DNA of 32,000 nucleotides from an uncultured Clostridia bacterium (GTDB lineage Bacteria; Bacillota; Clostridia; Christensenellales; JAWKQI01): NCBI GenBank assembly GCA_964453645.1, contig CAYVRJ010000011.1, positions 20,294 to 52,293 of the forward strand, read 5' to 3'. Shown piece by piece: positions 8,520 to 15,630 of this stretch (position 1 is its first letter; each line of letters starts with the position of its first letter). The notes under the pieces were generated by a model. It saw only the letters and a program-made list of their open reading frames with translations, ran no database searches and was not told where the DNA came from. The position numbers and the translations under genes were made by a program.

Positions 8520-9224
8520 TTATTCTTCATCGGTCTCGTTGGCCATATAAATTGCGTTCAGACCGAAAATGATTCGATTCATATATTCGTTGTATGCGCG
8601 CACAGCGTGTTCGGGCTGCCGGGCTAACATGTAGTTCATCACTGTGCGGTGGGAGGGGATGGATTGGGTGAGAATCTCTGCTTCTTTATCCTTCATATTC
8701 CATACGCCGGTGGTCTGTTGCAAGAGGTTGTTTGTCATGTGGATGAGCAAGCTGTTCTTTGATATTTCAAGTATTTTTCTGTGAAATTCCAGGTCTAAAT
8801 CGCATTGGCTCTTGTTGTCATAGAATCTACTTTCAATTTTTTCCAACAGTTTGGAAATCTCCTGTAATTCTTCGTCCGAAGCATTTTTGGTGGCCACTTC
8901 GATGGCGTACCCTTCCAGCGCCCTGCGCACTTCAAAATACTCTTTTAACATGCGCAATCTGTACTGGCTCTTTTGTTCACCACCCATATAGGAGTTGTCG
9001 ATTTGCTCCACAAAGATACCCTTGCCGTTGATGACTTTTACCCACCCCTTGGCCTCCATGGTTTTAATCGCCTCTCTCACCGAAGTGCGAGAAGCCCCCA
9101 TACTCTCGGCCATACTCAATTGGGAGGGCAGTGCATCTCCGGGAATGAGCTTGTTGTCGAATATATATTTTTTAATAAGCAAAATGATGTCTTCTTGCAA
9201 ATCGGTACGCGTTAGTTTCTTCAA
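8520..9224 (-). CDS. GntR-family transcriptional regulator, FadR subfamily
   Basis: HTH LPSQLSMAESMGASRTSVREAIKTMEAKGWVKVINGKGIFV followed by an all-helical FCD-like C-terminal domain. The track ORF starts at TTG 9329, inside the promoter. I prefer TTG at 9224 (MKKLTRTDLQEDI..., 234 aa), which fits the family length. Confidence 0.8.
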   Translation of the reverse strand: MKKLTRTDLQEDIILLIKKYIFDNKLIPGDALPSQLSMAESMGASRTSVREAIKTMEAKGWVKVINGKGIFVEQIDNSYMGGEQKSQYRLRMLKEYFEVRRALEGYAIEVATKNASDEELQEISKLLEKIESRFYDNKSQCDLDLEFHRKILEISKNSLLIHMTNNLLQQTTGVWNMKDKEAEILTQSIPSHRTVMNYMLARQPEHAVRAYNEYMNRIIFGLNAIYMANETDEE

Positions 9225-9260
9225 TTTGATAACCTGATATTTATTATAATAATTTACCTG

Positions 9261-9302
9261 TAACCTATCATATAGGTTAGCACTTCGCCTACCATTTGTC
9301 AA
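9261..9302 (-). promoter_or_regulatory. Promoter of the GntR-ABC operon with an overlapping palindrome (candidate operator)
   Basis: Minus strand: TTGACA (9302-9297), 17 nt, TAACCT (9279-9274; keeps T1, A2, T6). The -10 is the first arm of the 8-3-8 perfect inverted repeat TAACCTAT-cat-ATAGGTTA (9261-9279). Confidence 0.45.
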
Positions 9303-9361
9303 CAATTTTTTACTAAAATAGTGAATCAATTTAAAAATAAACCATTTTTGGGTTGTAATGT

Positions 9362-9390
9362 TTGTCGAAATATGGTAATGTGGGTATATA
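9362..9390 (+). promoter_or_regulatory. Candidate promoter of the 30-aa peptide gene
   Basis: TTGTCG (9362-9367), 17 nt, TATATA (9385-9390). It would give a ~50-nt leader. Confidence 0.35.
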
Positions 9391-9447
9391 AGAGTGCGCC
9401 ACTGGGTGTACGGTCTTGCTCCTCAATCACAAAAGATTGGGGGTGAT

Positions 9448-9540
9448 ATGATGGATATGAATTTAGTAGTAAGTCTGCTTCATCTTCTAGTATCCGTTAT
9501 CGCCTTAATCGTTGCAATAAAGCAACTAAAGAACCGATAA
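9448..9540 (+). CDS. 30-aa hydrophobic peptide, candidate type I / holin-like membrane toxin
   Basis: Below the track cutoff. A GGGGGTGA RBS lies just upstream of three closely spaced ATGs (9448, 9451, 9457). Product: MMDMNLVVSLLHLLVSVIALIVAIKQLKNR, one TM helix plus a basic C-terminal tail. A stem-loop follows. Confidence 0.5.
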   Translation: MMDMNLVVSLLHLLVSVIALIVAIKQLKNR

Positions 9541-9544
9541 TAGC

Positions 9545-9629
9545 AAGAGCAGCCGTCACTCACACTGATCGGCTGTTCTAAAATTAATCCAATTTTAGGA
9601 GCAGACCGTATCACCACGGTGCACTCTTT
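9545..9629 (-). ncRNA. Predicted ~85-nt convergent small RNA (candidate antitoxin RNA)
   Basis: Inferred only. It would run from the consensus promoter at 9636-9664 (start near 9629) to the shared stem-loop at 9547-9578. No coding potential. Confidence 0.3.
9547..9578. terminator. Stem-loop between the peptide gene and the convergent promoter (possible bidirectional terminator)
   Basis: Core stem CAGCCG (9550-9555) / CGGCTG (9570-9575), extendable by G-U, A-U and G-C pairs to 9547/9578. Only modest T-richness follows on either strand. Confidence 0.4.
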
Positions 9630-9635
9630 GTATTT

Positions 9636-9664
9636 ATTATACAGTTTCCAAATCATTGTGTCAA
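9636..9664 (-). promoter_or_regulatory. Perfect-consensus orphan promoter pointing at the 3' end of the peptide gene
   Basis: Minus strand: TTGACA (9664-9659), exactly 17 nt, TATAAT (9641-9636). No RBS-preceded ORF follows on the minus strand. Confidence 0.55.
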
Positions 9665-9741
9665 CATCTATATCCCTTATCATATGAATAAAAGAACGGT
9701 AGATCACCGCTCATGTTATACTATACATTACAAAAAAACAA

Positions 9742-10623
9742 TCAATGTCTGCTCCGTCCCCTCGGCAGGGATAAAACATCGGGCAGTTCCCCCGACAATA
9801 GGGCCTTAGACAGCGCATCCCGCACAGCATTCACAATACCCACAGAGGTATACGTGGCACCGGAAATGACATCCACATCCAAACTTTGGCCATCCATAAT
9901 CTCTTGGGGAATCACTTGCATGGGCAGGGCATAGAACCGCTCTTGCCGCTCGTTGTGCTGGATGATTTGAATATCTACAATCTTATTTTTCTCAATGACA
10001 ACCGAAACCGTGAGATCGGGGCCGTATCCATCGGCACTGCCCGTATATGTGCCATCAGCTAAGGTAACCCCCTGGATTCCCTCGTTCCACTCCTCCAACG
10101 TTTGGCTTTCGCTTTGGGTCTCTGTTGGTGTTGGCTGAGTGTTGTCGCTCTCCTGCACATGATTTGTTGGTTTTGCAGGGTCATCCACAGGTCTTTCATA
10201 AACAATCTCTTCGTTTTGAGCGCCCAACGCTTGGAACACCCGTATGCCCCCCACATCGATTACATGCACCACAATGCACAGTATAAATAAAACGGTGATG
10301 ATTCGGTGCAACACAATCCAAGTGGATTTCTTTGCAAACATCTTTCTGCACCAGTAATTGAGGCACAACAAAATGGAGAGTACCCACGCAACAGTGCCCA
10401 AATTTAGACTGAAAACTTCTTCGGAGGAGTATAAGCTGTGTAATAATCCAACGGCAATGAGCAATATACTGATGGGAATATGGACTTTTCGCAAGAACAA
10501 GTTTAAGGATTTGAATGCGGGGCTTTTCCCGCTCAACTTTCTTGACACATACTTGAATGCCAAGACAATCGTTAGCAATACACAGAGCCAAGCACTTCCG
10601 TAATTTAAAAGTATCTCACCCAA
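9742..10623 (-). CDS. Membrane protein: 4-TM bis-His (DUF4405/cytochrome-b-like) domain fused to an FMN-binding domain
   Basis: 293-aa ORF with a TTG start and AAGGGTGA RBS. It has four hydrophobic helices with His48/His62 and His106/His120, then a Pro/Thr/Glu/Gln-rich linker. The C-terminal FMN_bind pattern ends in the flavinylation-type motif DVISGATYTS. Confidence 0.8.
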   Translation of the reverse strand: MGEILLNYGSAWLCVLLTIVLAFKYVSRKLSGKSPAFKSLNLFLRKVHIPISILLIAVGLLHSLYSSEEVFSLNLGTVAWVLSILLCLNYWCRKMFAKKSTWIVLHRIITVLFILCIVVHVIDVGGIRVFQALGAQNEEIVYERPVDDPAKPTNHVQESDNTQPTPTETQSESQTLEEWNEGIQGVTLADGTYTGSADGYGPDLTVSVVIEKNKIVDIQIIQHNERQERFYALPMQVIPQEIMDGQSLDVDVISGATYTSVGIVNAVRDALSKALLSGELPDVLSLPRGRSRH

Positions 10624-10724
10624 AATCAGTCACCCTTATGGTTTTTTATATATAGTAAAACAGTTTAGTGATGGTTCTGTGTTTTTTTTATGAACTTTTC
10701 AGTAAAATAATTTGAATTTTAGTT

Positions 10725-11252
10725 TTAACATCTCCAGTTGACTTTTGCAGGGTTGGGTTCGTCCGCAACAGCCATCACTCTTAAGGCTTCCAGCATATGG
10801 CCGCATTCTTGAGCTGCAATTTCATCGTAGGTTTCTTTACTTTCGGTCAGCCCCACCCGGCTGTAGGCAATGGCTGCGGCAGCATAAAAACACATGCCCA
10901 AACTATGGGTGGGCACGTGGATGCTGGCGGCGGCTTGGCCGATGGCCCGTGCGGCTGCCTGTGTAGCGGGCTGTTCCTCTGCTTCCCGTGCGGCAGCGTG
11001 GGCTTCGAGAATAAACTTCTTTGCAACCGGAAACTTAATCTCACCCTGCAGCCATTGCCGTGCGGCATGAAGCGCCTGTCTGGGGCGCAGATCGTTTGCA
11101 CAGGCCAACTCATAGATGGGCAGGATATGCTCCTGTGCATAACCCATACACCAGTTGCAAATGGTGGTTTTACTCTGGGTTTCAATCAATTCCATCAGCG
11201 CCACAATATAGGGTGCACCGGCAGAACCCAGCATTTTACGCAGTTTCGGCAT
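10725..11252 (-). CDS. Alanine-rich helical protein, Imm-5-like putative immunity protein family
   Basis: 175-aa ORF. NWCMGYAQEHILPIYE....DLRPRQALHAARQWLQGEI......ILEAHAAAREAEEQPATQAAARAIGQAAASIHVPTH matches my recollection of the Imm-5-like pattern (W..dCAe.vLp.fe...p.D.RPr.Aie.ar.W..Ge...AH.AAR...aa.AAra.g.A). AAGGAAGTGA RBS, 25 nt after the Enzyme I stop. Confidence 0.5.
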   Translation of the reverse strand: MPKLRKMLGSAGAPYIVALMELIETQSKTTICNWCMGYAQEHILPIYELACANDLRPRQALHAARQWLQGEIKFPVAKKFILEAHAAAREAEEQPATQAAARAIGQAAASIHVPTHSLGMCFYAAAAIAYSRVGLTESKETYDEIAAQECGHMLEALRVMAVADEPNPAKVNWRC

Positions 11253-11277
11253 GGTTTCACTTCCTTAAACAATATGT

Positions 11278-12903
11278 TTATTCGTTCTTCATTTTAAACT
11301 CTGCGAGATGCTGGTAAATCGCTTTCGCTGTGTTGAGTGTTAAAATTTTGTCTTTCAGTTCAGCAGCATCTATTGTATTGATACAGCGAATGGCCTTTTT
11401 CATTTGCAGTAACTTGGAAGGGGTGACGCTGAATTTGCGTATACCCGCACCAATCAAGAAGGGTAACACCAAAGCATCGGAGGCAGCTTCTCCACACACG
11501 CTCACGTCTTTTCCGTTTTTATTGGCAGCTTGCGTAATGGAAACAATGAGCCGGAGTACTGAGGGCTGATAGATGGAATACAACTCTGCTAAGTCGCCGT
11601 TGCCCCTGTCCGCAGCCATGGTGTATTGAATGAGATCGTTGGTGCCAATGGACAAAAAATCCACAATCTTGCACAAATCATCCGCCATCACCGCAGCAGC
11701 AGGGGTTTCCACCATAACACCCAATGAGAAACTTGCCCCTGTGCGCTTCATCATCTCCCGAACTCTCTCAATTTCCTCCACAGTGCTCACCATGGGCACC
11801 ATGACTTTGAGGTTACCCTCAACCCCAGCAAATGCCCTTAGTTGGTTTTCCAACACCTCTGGGTTTTTCAGGCACAGCCGAACGCCCCGCACTCCCAAAT
11901 ACGGGTTTTCCTCCCGGCTCTGGGGCAGATATGGGATGACTTTGTCCGCTCCCGCATCCAACGTTCGAATGGTCACTTCCCGATCGCCAAAGATTTGGGT
12001 CAATTTCGAATAAATATTTCTTTGTTCCTCCACTCCGGGTAAATCTTTTCTGTCTAAAAAAATAAACTCCGAGCGGAACAACCCCACCCCCAAGCTCTCG
12101 CAACGGGCTTCCTCGCCGATCTCCTGCAAGCTTCCCAAGTTGCACAAAAGTTTTATATCCACCCCATCGGCAGTTTTGGGGGCTACTCCCCTGTATTTTT
12201 CCAAAAGAGACAGTTCTGCTTCATCGTTTCTCTTTTGTTCTTCCAAGGTTTTTAAGTCGGTTTTGTTTAAGTCATAGAACACTTGCCCAGTCTTTCCGTT
12301 TACAACAACGGTCTCTCCCTCCGGAATATCCCCCATGCCCAACACGCCAATGACACAGGGTATATTGAGGGAACGGGCTAATATACAGGCGTGGGAGGTT
12401 TCCCCTCCCCCCTCCATGGCTAGCCCTTGAATGGTCTCTTTGTTCTCCAGTATTTGAGATGGAAAGATTTCCTGGCCAATTAAAATGCCCTGGAGTTTCC
12501 TCTCCCCTCCGCCTTCCATAAGGTCAAACAGTTGGTTTTCAATATCTTCAATATCCGAAGCTCTGGCCGCAAAGTATTCGTCCTGCATATTTTTAAAGGC
12601 AGATGCCAACTCCCCTGCCACGCTGTGCAGGGCATACCCGGCGTTTACCCCCTCGGTTTTGATTTTTTGCACCACTGCATCACAAAACTCCGGGCTTTTT
12701 AACATAAACAGCTGTGCGGTGGCAATATCCGAACCCTTGGCCGAAAGTTCCCCCGAGAGTGTAACGGCAGCTTGGGTAAAGACGTTTACCTCCAACTCCA
12801 CGTGGCTGACCATGGATTTTTCAATGGTATAAGCCGTTGTGCAACGACTTGCAGTCCCAATGGCGATGCCGGGGTGCACCCCTTTGCCGGATAGTACTTT
12901 CAT
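11278..12903 (-). CDS. ptsI: PTS Enzyme I (phosphoenolpyruvate-protein phosphotransferase), operon-embedded paralogue
   Basis: Active-site His motif GGGETSHACILARSLNIPCV. PEP-utiliser barrel motifs GLFRSEFIFL, IRTLDAGADK, NPYLGVRGVRL, MVETPAAA, SIGTNDLIQYT and VCGEAASD. I prefer ATG at 12903 (MKVLSGKGVHPGIAIG, GGAG 6 nt upstream) over the track ATG at 12915. Confidence 0.9.
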   Translation of the reverse strand: MKVLSGKGVHPGIAIGTASRCTTAYTIEKSMVSHVELEVNVFTQAAVTLSGELSAKGSDIATAQLFMLKSPEFCDAVVQKIKTEGVNAGYALHSVAGELASAFKNMQDEYFAARASDIEDIENQLFDLMEGGGERKLQGILIGQEIFPSQILENKETIQGLAMEGGGETSHACILARSLNIPCVIGVLGMGDIPEGETVVVNGKTGQVFYDLNKTDLKTLEEQKRNDEAELSLLEKYRGVAPKTADGVDIKLLCNLGSLQEIGEEARCESLGVGLFRSEFIFLDRKDLPGVEEQRNIYSKLTQIFGDREVTIRTLDAGADKVIPYLPQSREENPYLGVRGVRLCLKNPEVLENQLRAFAGVEGNLKVMVPMVSTVEEIERVREMMKRTGASFSLGVMVETPAAAVMADDLCKIVDFLSIGTNDLIQYTMAADRGNGDLAELYSIYQPSVLRLIVSITQAANKNGKDVSVCGEAASDALVLPFLIGAGIRKFSVTPSKLLQMKKAIRCINTIDAAELKDKILTLNTAKAIYQHLAEFKMKNE

Positions 12904-13018
12904 GTAACACTCCATTCTGTCGTTTCATTTATGATATAAATAATCATTAAAGAATCTTTCATGTAAAGCTCCATTCTGTCGCTTCATTTATGATATAAAT
13001 AGTCATTAATGGGTCTTT
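12901..13018. repeat. Tandem direct duplication, 2 x 59 bp, of the Enzyme I translation-initiation region
   Basis: Unit 1 is 12901-12959 and unit 2 is 12960-13018. They align without gaps, with 52/59 identities counted by eye. Each unit carries GGAG-N6-ATG. Confidence 0.9.
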
Positions 13019-13278
13019 CACAAAAAAATACCCTGAAGGGCTGCGGTAAGCTCTTTTGCTGCCTGTTCCTCGTCACTTCCTTCGATGTTTATTAAAACAG
13101 TGCCGTTTCCCTTGATGCCCAGCATCATAATGGAAATGGCAGATTTTGCGTTGCCCGTCTTTTCCCCTGCAACAATAGACATCTCCGAACTGTATTTGCT
13201 CAGCAGCTCCACAAGGTTTGCCGCCGGTCGGGCGTGCAGCCCCGATGGATCTTGAATGTTAAATTCGATTGTTTTCAT
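13018..13278 (-). CDS. ptsH: HPr-family phosphocarrier protein
   Basis: 86-aa ORF with the His-15 motif SGLHARPAANLV and the Ser-46-region motif GNAKSAISIMMLG. AAGAGGTGA RBS. Confidence 0.9.
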   Translation of the reverse strand: MKTIEFNIQDPSGLHARPAANLVELLSKYSSEMSIVAGEKTGNAKSAISIMMLGIKGNGTVLINIEGSDEEQAAKELTAALQGIFL

Positions 13279-13289
13279 AATTCACCTCT

Positions 13290-14492
13290 TTATGTTAGAT
13301 CAATGGAGTCTCCCCACTCGGGGGCACTTACATTAAAGTATTGACAAACTGTTGCACCCATGTCAGAAAGAGTCTTTCTCACCCCAACCTCTGTGATGCT
13401 GGGAGCCGTATGACCCTTGATATGGGCGATAAACGGTGTGTACTCCCGGGTGTGGGCCGAAAAATCCATGGTCGGGTCGTTTCCGTGATCCCCGCCGATC
13501 ATCAGCATATCCCCTTCGTTCAGTTCTTCCAGCAGCTTGGGGATAAACGCATCCAACTTTGCTAAAACATTTATGTAACTCTTCACATCCCCCACATGGC
13601 CGAACAGATCGGTTTGTTGCAGGGTGGCACAGATAAACCCATGGTCTTTTTTTGTAATATCTACTATCTCCTCAAGAATTTCATGGGTTTGCACCAGAGA
13701 TTTGCGATAGGTCACCTCTCCGTCTATGACATCGGCCATTTTACCCAGCAGATACACGGGGATGCCAACACCCTCTAAAATCGTGTGGCACTGCCGCTTG
13801 GGGTCTACACCATACCCCATGTGGCACACCTTGTATGCATCGTTATATACCTTGAGCTTGGGGGTATCGATCCCCGAATAGGCTCCGTCGGCAATCATGG
13901 CGTCTAACAGGTCCTGCCGGCTCACGTTCACCCCGCCAAAGGCAATCACCCTGTTGTTTTTCACAATACCCCGCACAATTCTACCTATGTTCAGGATGGT
14001 TTCAAAGGAGAGGAGATCAAAGGCCCCTGTGATGTTGATGACCTGCCCCCTGTCCGTCTCCATGTTGTCTGCAACAACAGCACCTCCGTTCACCATGAGG
14101 GCACTGCCATCCATTTCGTCCACACAGTATCCCGCATCTGTCAACGCCTTTTTCACCACTTGGCTCATGGCGCGCATGCCCATGTTCACGGGGGTTTTGG
14201 GCTTGTTGCCCAAAATTTCGTTGTGCCCCTCGTATGAATCTGCACCGCTGTGTTTGAGGGCACACTTGCCAACATAGGTTTTTCCAAAAAAGGTTGGGAT
14301 GATGTCTTTTCCAAGGAATAGATTCATCCCCAAAGCCCCCAGGTTTTTAAGATCGACCTGTTGGTGAAACACAGCGTGGGCAAAGGAATTTGCACCCAAG
14401 CTCTGTGGGCGAACCTGTGCACAATCCTCCATGGCGCCCACCCCCAGCCCATCGGCTACGATCAACACAAGCTTTTTCTTATTATGCGCCAT
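13290..14492 (-). CDS. yhfW: YhfW-like phosphopentomutase-family metalloenzyme
   Basis: LVLIVADGLGVG, GADSYEGHNEILG and IGGDHGNDPT..SAHTREYTPFIAH are the metal/phosphate-site motifs of the DeoB-like 'metalloenzyme' (alkaline-phosphatase superfamily) domain. I prefer ATG at 14492 (MAHNKKK..., GGGGAG 9 nt upstream) over the track start at 14522. This start overlaps the upstream gene by 11 nt. Confidence 0.8.
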   Translation of the reverse strand: MAHNKKKLVLIVADGLGVGAMEDCAQVRPQSLGANSFAHAVFHQQVDLKNLGALGMNLFLGKDIIPTFFGKTYVGKCALKHSGADSYEGHNEILGNKPKTPVNMGMRAMSQVVKKALTDAGYCVDEMDGSALMVNGGAVVADNMETDRGQVINITGAFDLLSFETILNIGRIVRGIVKNNRVIAFGGVNVSRQDLLDAMIADGAYSGIDTPKLKVYNDAYKVCHMGYGVDPKRQCHTILEGVGIPVYLLGKMADVIDGEVTYRKSLVQTHEILEEIVDITKKDHGFICATLQQTDLFGHVGDVKSYINVLAKLDAFIPKLLEELNEGDMLMIGGDHGNDPTMDFSAHTREYTPFIAHIKGHTAPSITEVGVRKTLSDMGATVCQYFNVSAPEWGDSIDLT

Positions 14493-15630
14493 ACATCTCA
14501 TCTCCCCGCTTGTCGAATACACCTAGGAGTCGGGGGTTGGATGACACGTGATCCACCACGGCGATGTGTGCGTTGACCATAAATATTTGGGTTCGAAAGG
14601 CGTATATCACAGGTGCGCCGGGTTTACCCGTGTAGCGAATGGGTGCGTAGTAGTCGATATTACCCGGTTCAATGCCAAACGCCTCCACTTTATGCGCTGT
14701 GTTATTTTCCCACACCAACGCCTTTTTAATATTCCCTCGGCTATAGAATCCACCGCCAAATACATACCCCAAGCCGTCAAAGTTGTGGGATAGTTCGGTT
14801 AAGTAGAGCATACACGGTTTTTGAACACAATTGTCGTCCACACCGTTGATATAGGTGGTGCCCGTAAATGCATGTCCGGGTTCCAACTGGGTCACACCGC
14901 CCTCAACCGCCTGTTTCATCATTTCGCTGCAACTGCCCCCCGGGGCGTTGATGACCTTGATGTCAAACCCCTCTGCCCTGAGGTATTCTGCCCCCTTGAG
15001 CAGGGTTTGAAAATTGGGCGTGGAGGTACACAACCCCTTTTTGTCCACCACAAAGCAGGGAAATGCCGTGACCCCCGCAATGGGAATATTCTTGAGCTGT
15101 TCAATCTTTTTTGCCCAGTCAACCAGCTCTTCTAATTGAAAGCCGCAGTGCTGCCCTGGATAAATCAAATCTTCTTTTCCCGTCACCCGGAGTAAAATCT
15201 TTTGCTCACCCGTTGCCCCGTCGGAAATTTTTTTTGCATTGTCGTAATCCACAACGGTGATATAATCGGGTTTCATGGCCAGTATCCGGCTCAAGTAATA
15301 GTTTGGAATTTGCACCAAGTGCCCCACGTGGCCAATTTGAATGCCCTGCCTGTAGAGAATTTCCGCCTCTTCTGGGTTGACGGCCACTGCCTTTTCTATA
15401 CCCGCATCGGCTATGGCACGGCAAATCAGTGGGTTGCGGCCAAACTGCTTGGTCATCATAAAAAGCTCTAGTCCAAACCCATGGGCATCGCTCTGTAAAC
15501 TCTTTGCGTTTTTCCGAATCCCTTCCAGATCGATCACATAGGTATTGGGGGGAAGCATTTTGTGCTTGTGAGCATATACGGCCCAGTCGATTAACGCTTG
15601 ATTGCGGGCACACAGTGTATCTAAAAACAT
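14482..15630 (-). CDS. yhfX: YhfX-like PLP-dependent protein (alanine-racemase-N fold)
   Basis: 382 aa. The N-terminus MFLDTLCARNQALIDWA...YVIDLEGIRKNA and the FMMTKQFGRNP (candidate PLP-Lys) pattern match my memory of E. coli YhfX (387 aa). Confidence 0.75.
   Translation of the reverse strand: MFLDTLCARNQALIDWAVYAHKHKMLPPNTYVIDLEGIRKNAKSLQSDAHGFGLELFMMTKQFGRNPLICRAIADAGIEKAVAVNPEEAEILYRQGIQIGHVGHLVQIPNYYLSRILAMKPDYITVVDYDNAKKISDGATGEQKILLRVTGKEDLIYPGQHCGFQLEELVDWAKKIEQLKNIPIAGVTAFPCFVVDKKGLCTSTPNFQTLLKGAEYLRAEGFDIKVINAPGGSCSEMMKQAVEGGVTQLEPGHAFTGTTYINGVDDNCVQKPCMLYLTELSHNFDGLGYVFGGGFYSRGNIKKALVWENNTAHKVEAFGIEPGNIDYYAPIRYTGKPGAPVIYAFRTQIFMVNAHIAVVDHVSSNPRLLGVFDKRGDEMYGA

Larger units (their letters stand above)
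9390..9629. repeat. Pair of ~33-nt inverted repeats flanking the peptide gene
   Basis: 9390-9423 (AAGAGTGCGCCACTGGGTGTACGGTCTTGCTCCT) versus the reverse complement of 9597-9628 (AAGAGTGCACCGTGGTGATACGGTCTGCTCCT). By eye, about 29 matching positions with 2 mismatches and 4 single-nt indels. Each copy starts just downstream of a -10 box. Confidence 0.7.

Noticed and set aside
9480-9707. 75-aa minus-strand ORF covering the small-peptide locus
   Set aside because: Its start lies upstream of the consensus promoter at 9636-9664, so the promoter would sit inside it. It has no RBS, it runs antisense through the hairpin and the peptide gene, and its composition is unremarkable. The non-coding antisense RNA interpretation fits the signals better.
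10745-11317. ORFs 10745..10966, 10797..11297 (166 aa), 10847..11185 and 11060..11317 overlapping the Imm-5-like gene
   Set aside because: These are antisense or off-frame readings of an alanine-rich gene (GCN codons read as Cys/Gly/Arg/Pro). The minus-strand 175-aa frame has the RBS and the recognisable family pattern.
12901-13018. Tandem 59-bp repeat as a possible CRISPR or minisatellite array
   Set aside because: There are only two units, directly abutting with no spacers, and no cas genes. Each unit is simply a copy of the ptsI RBS/start region.
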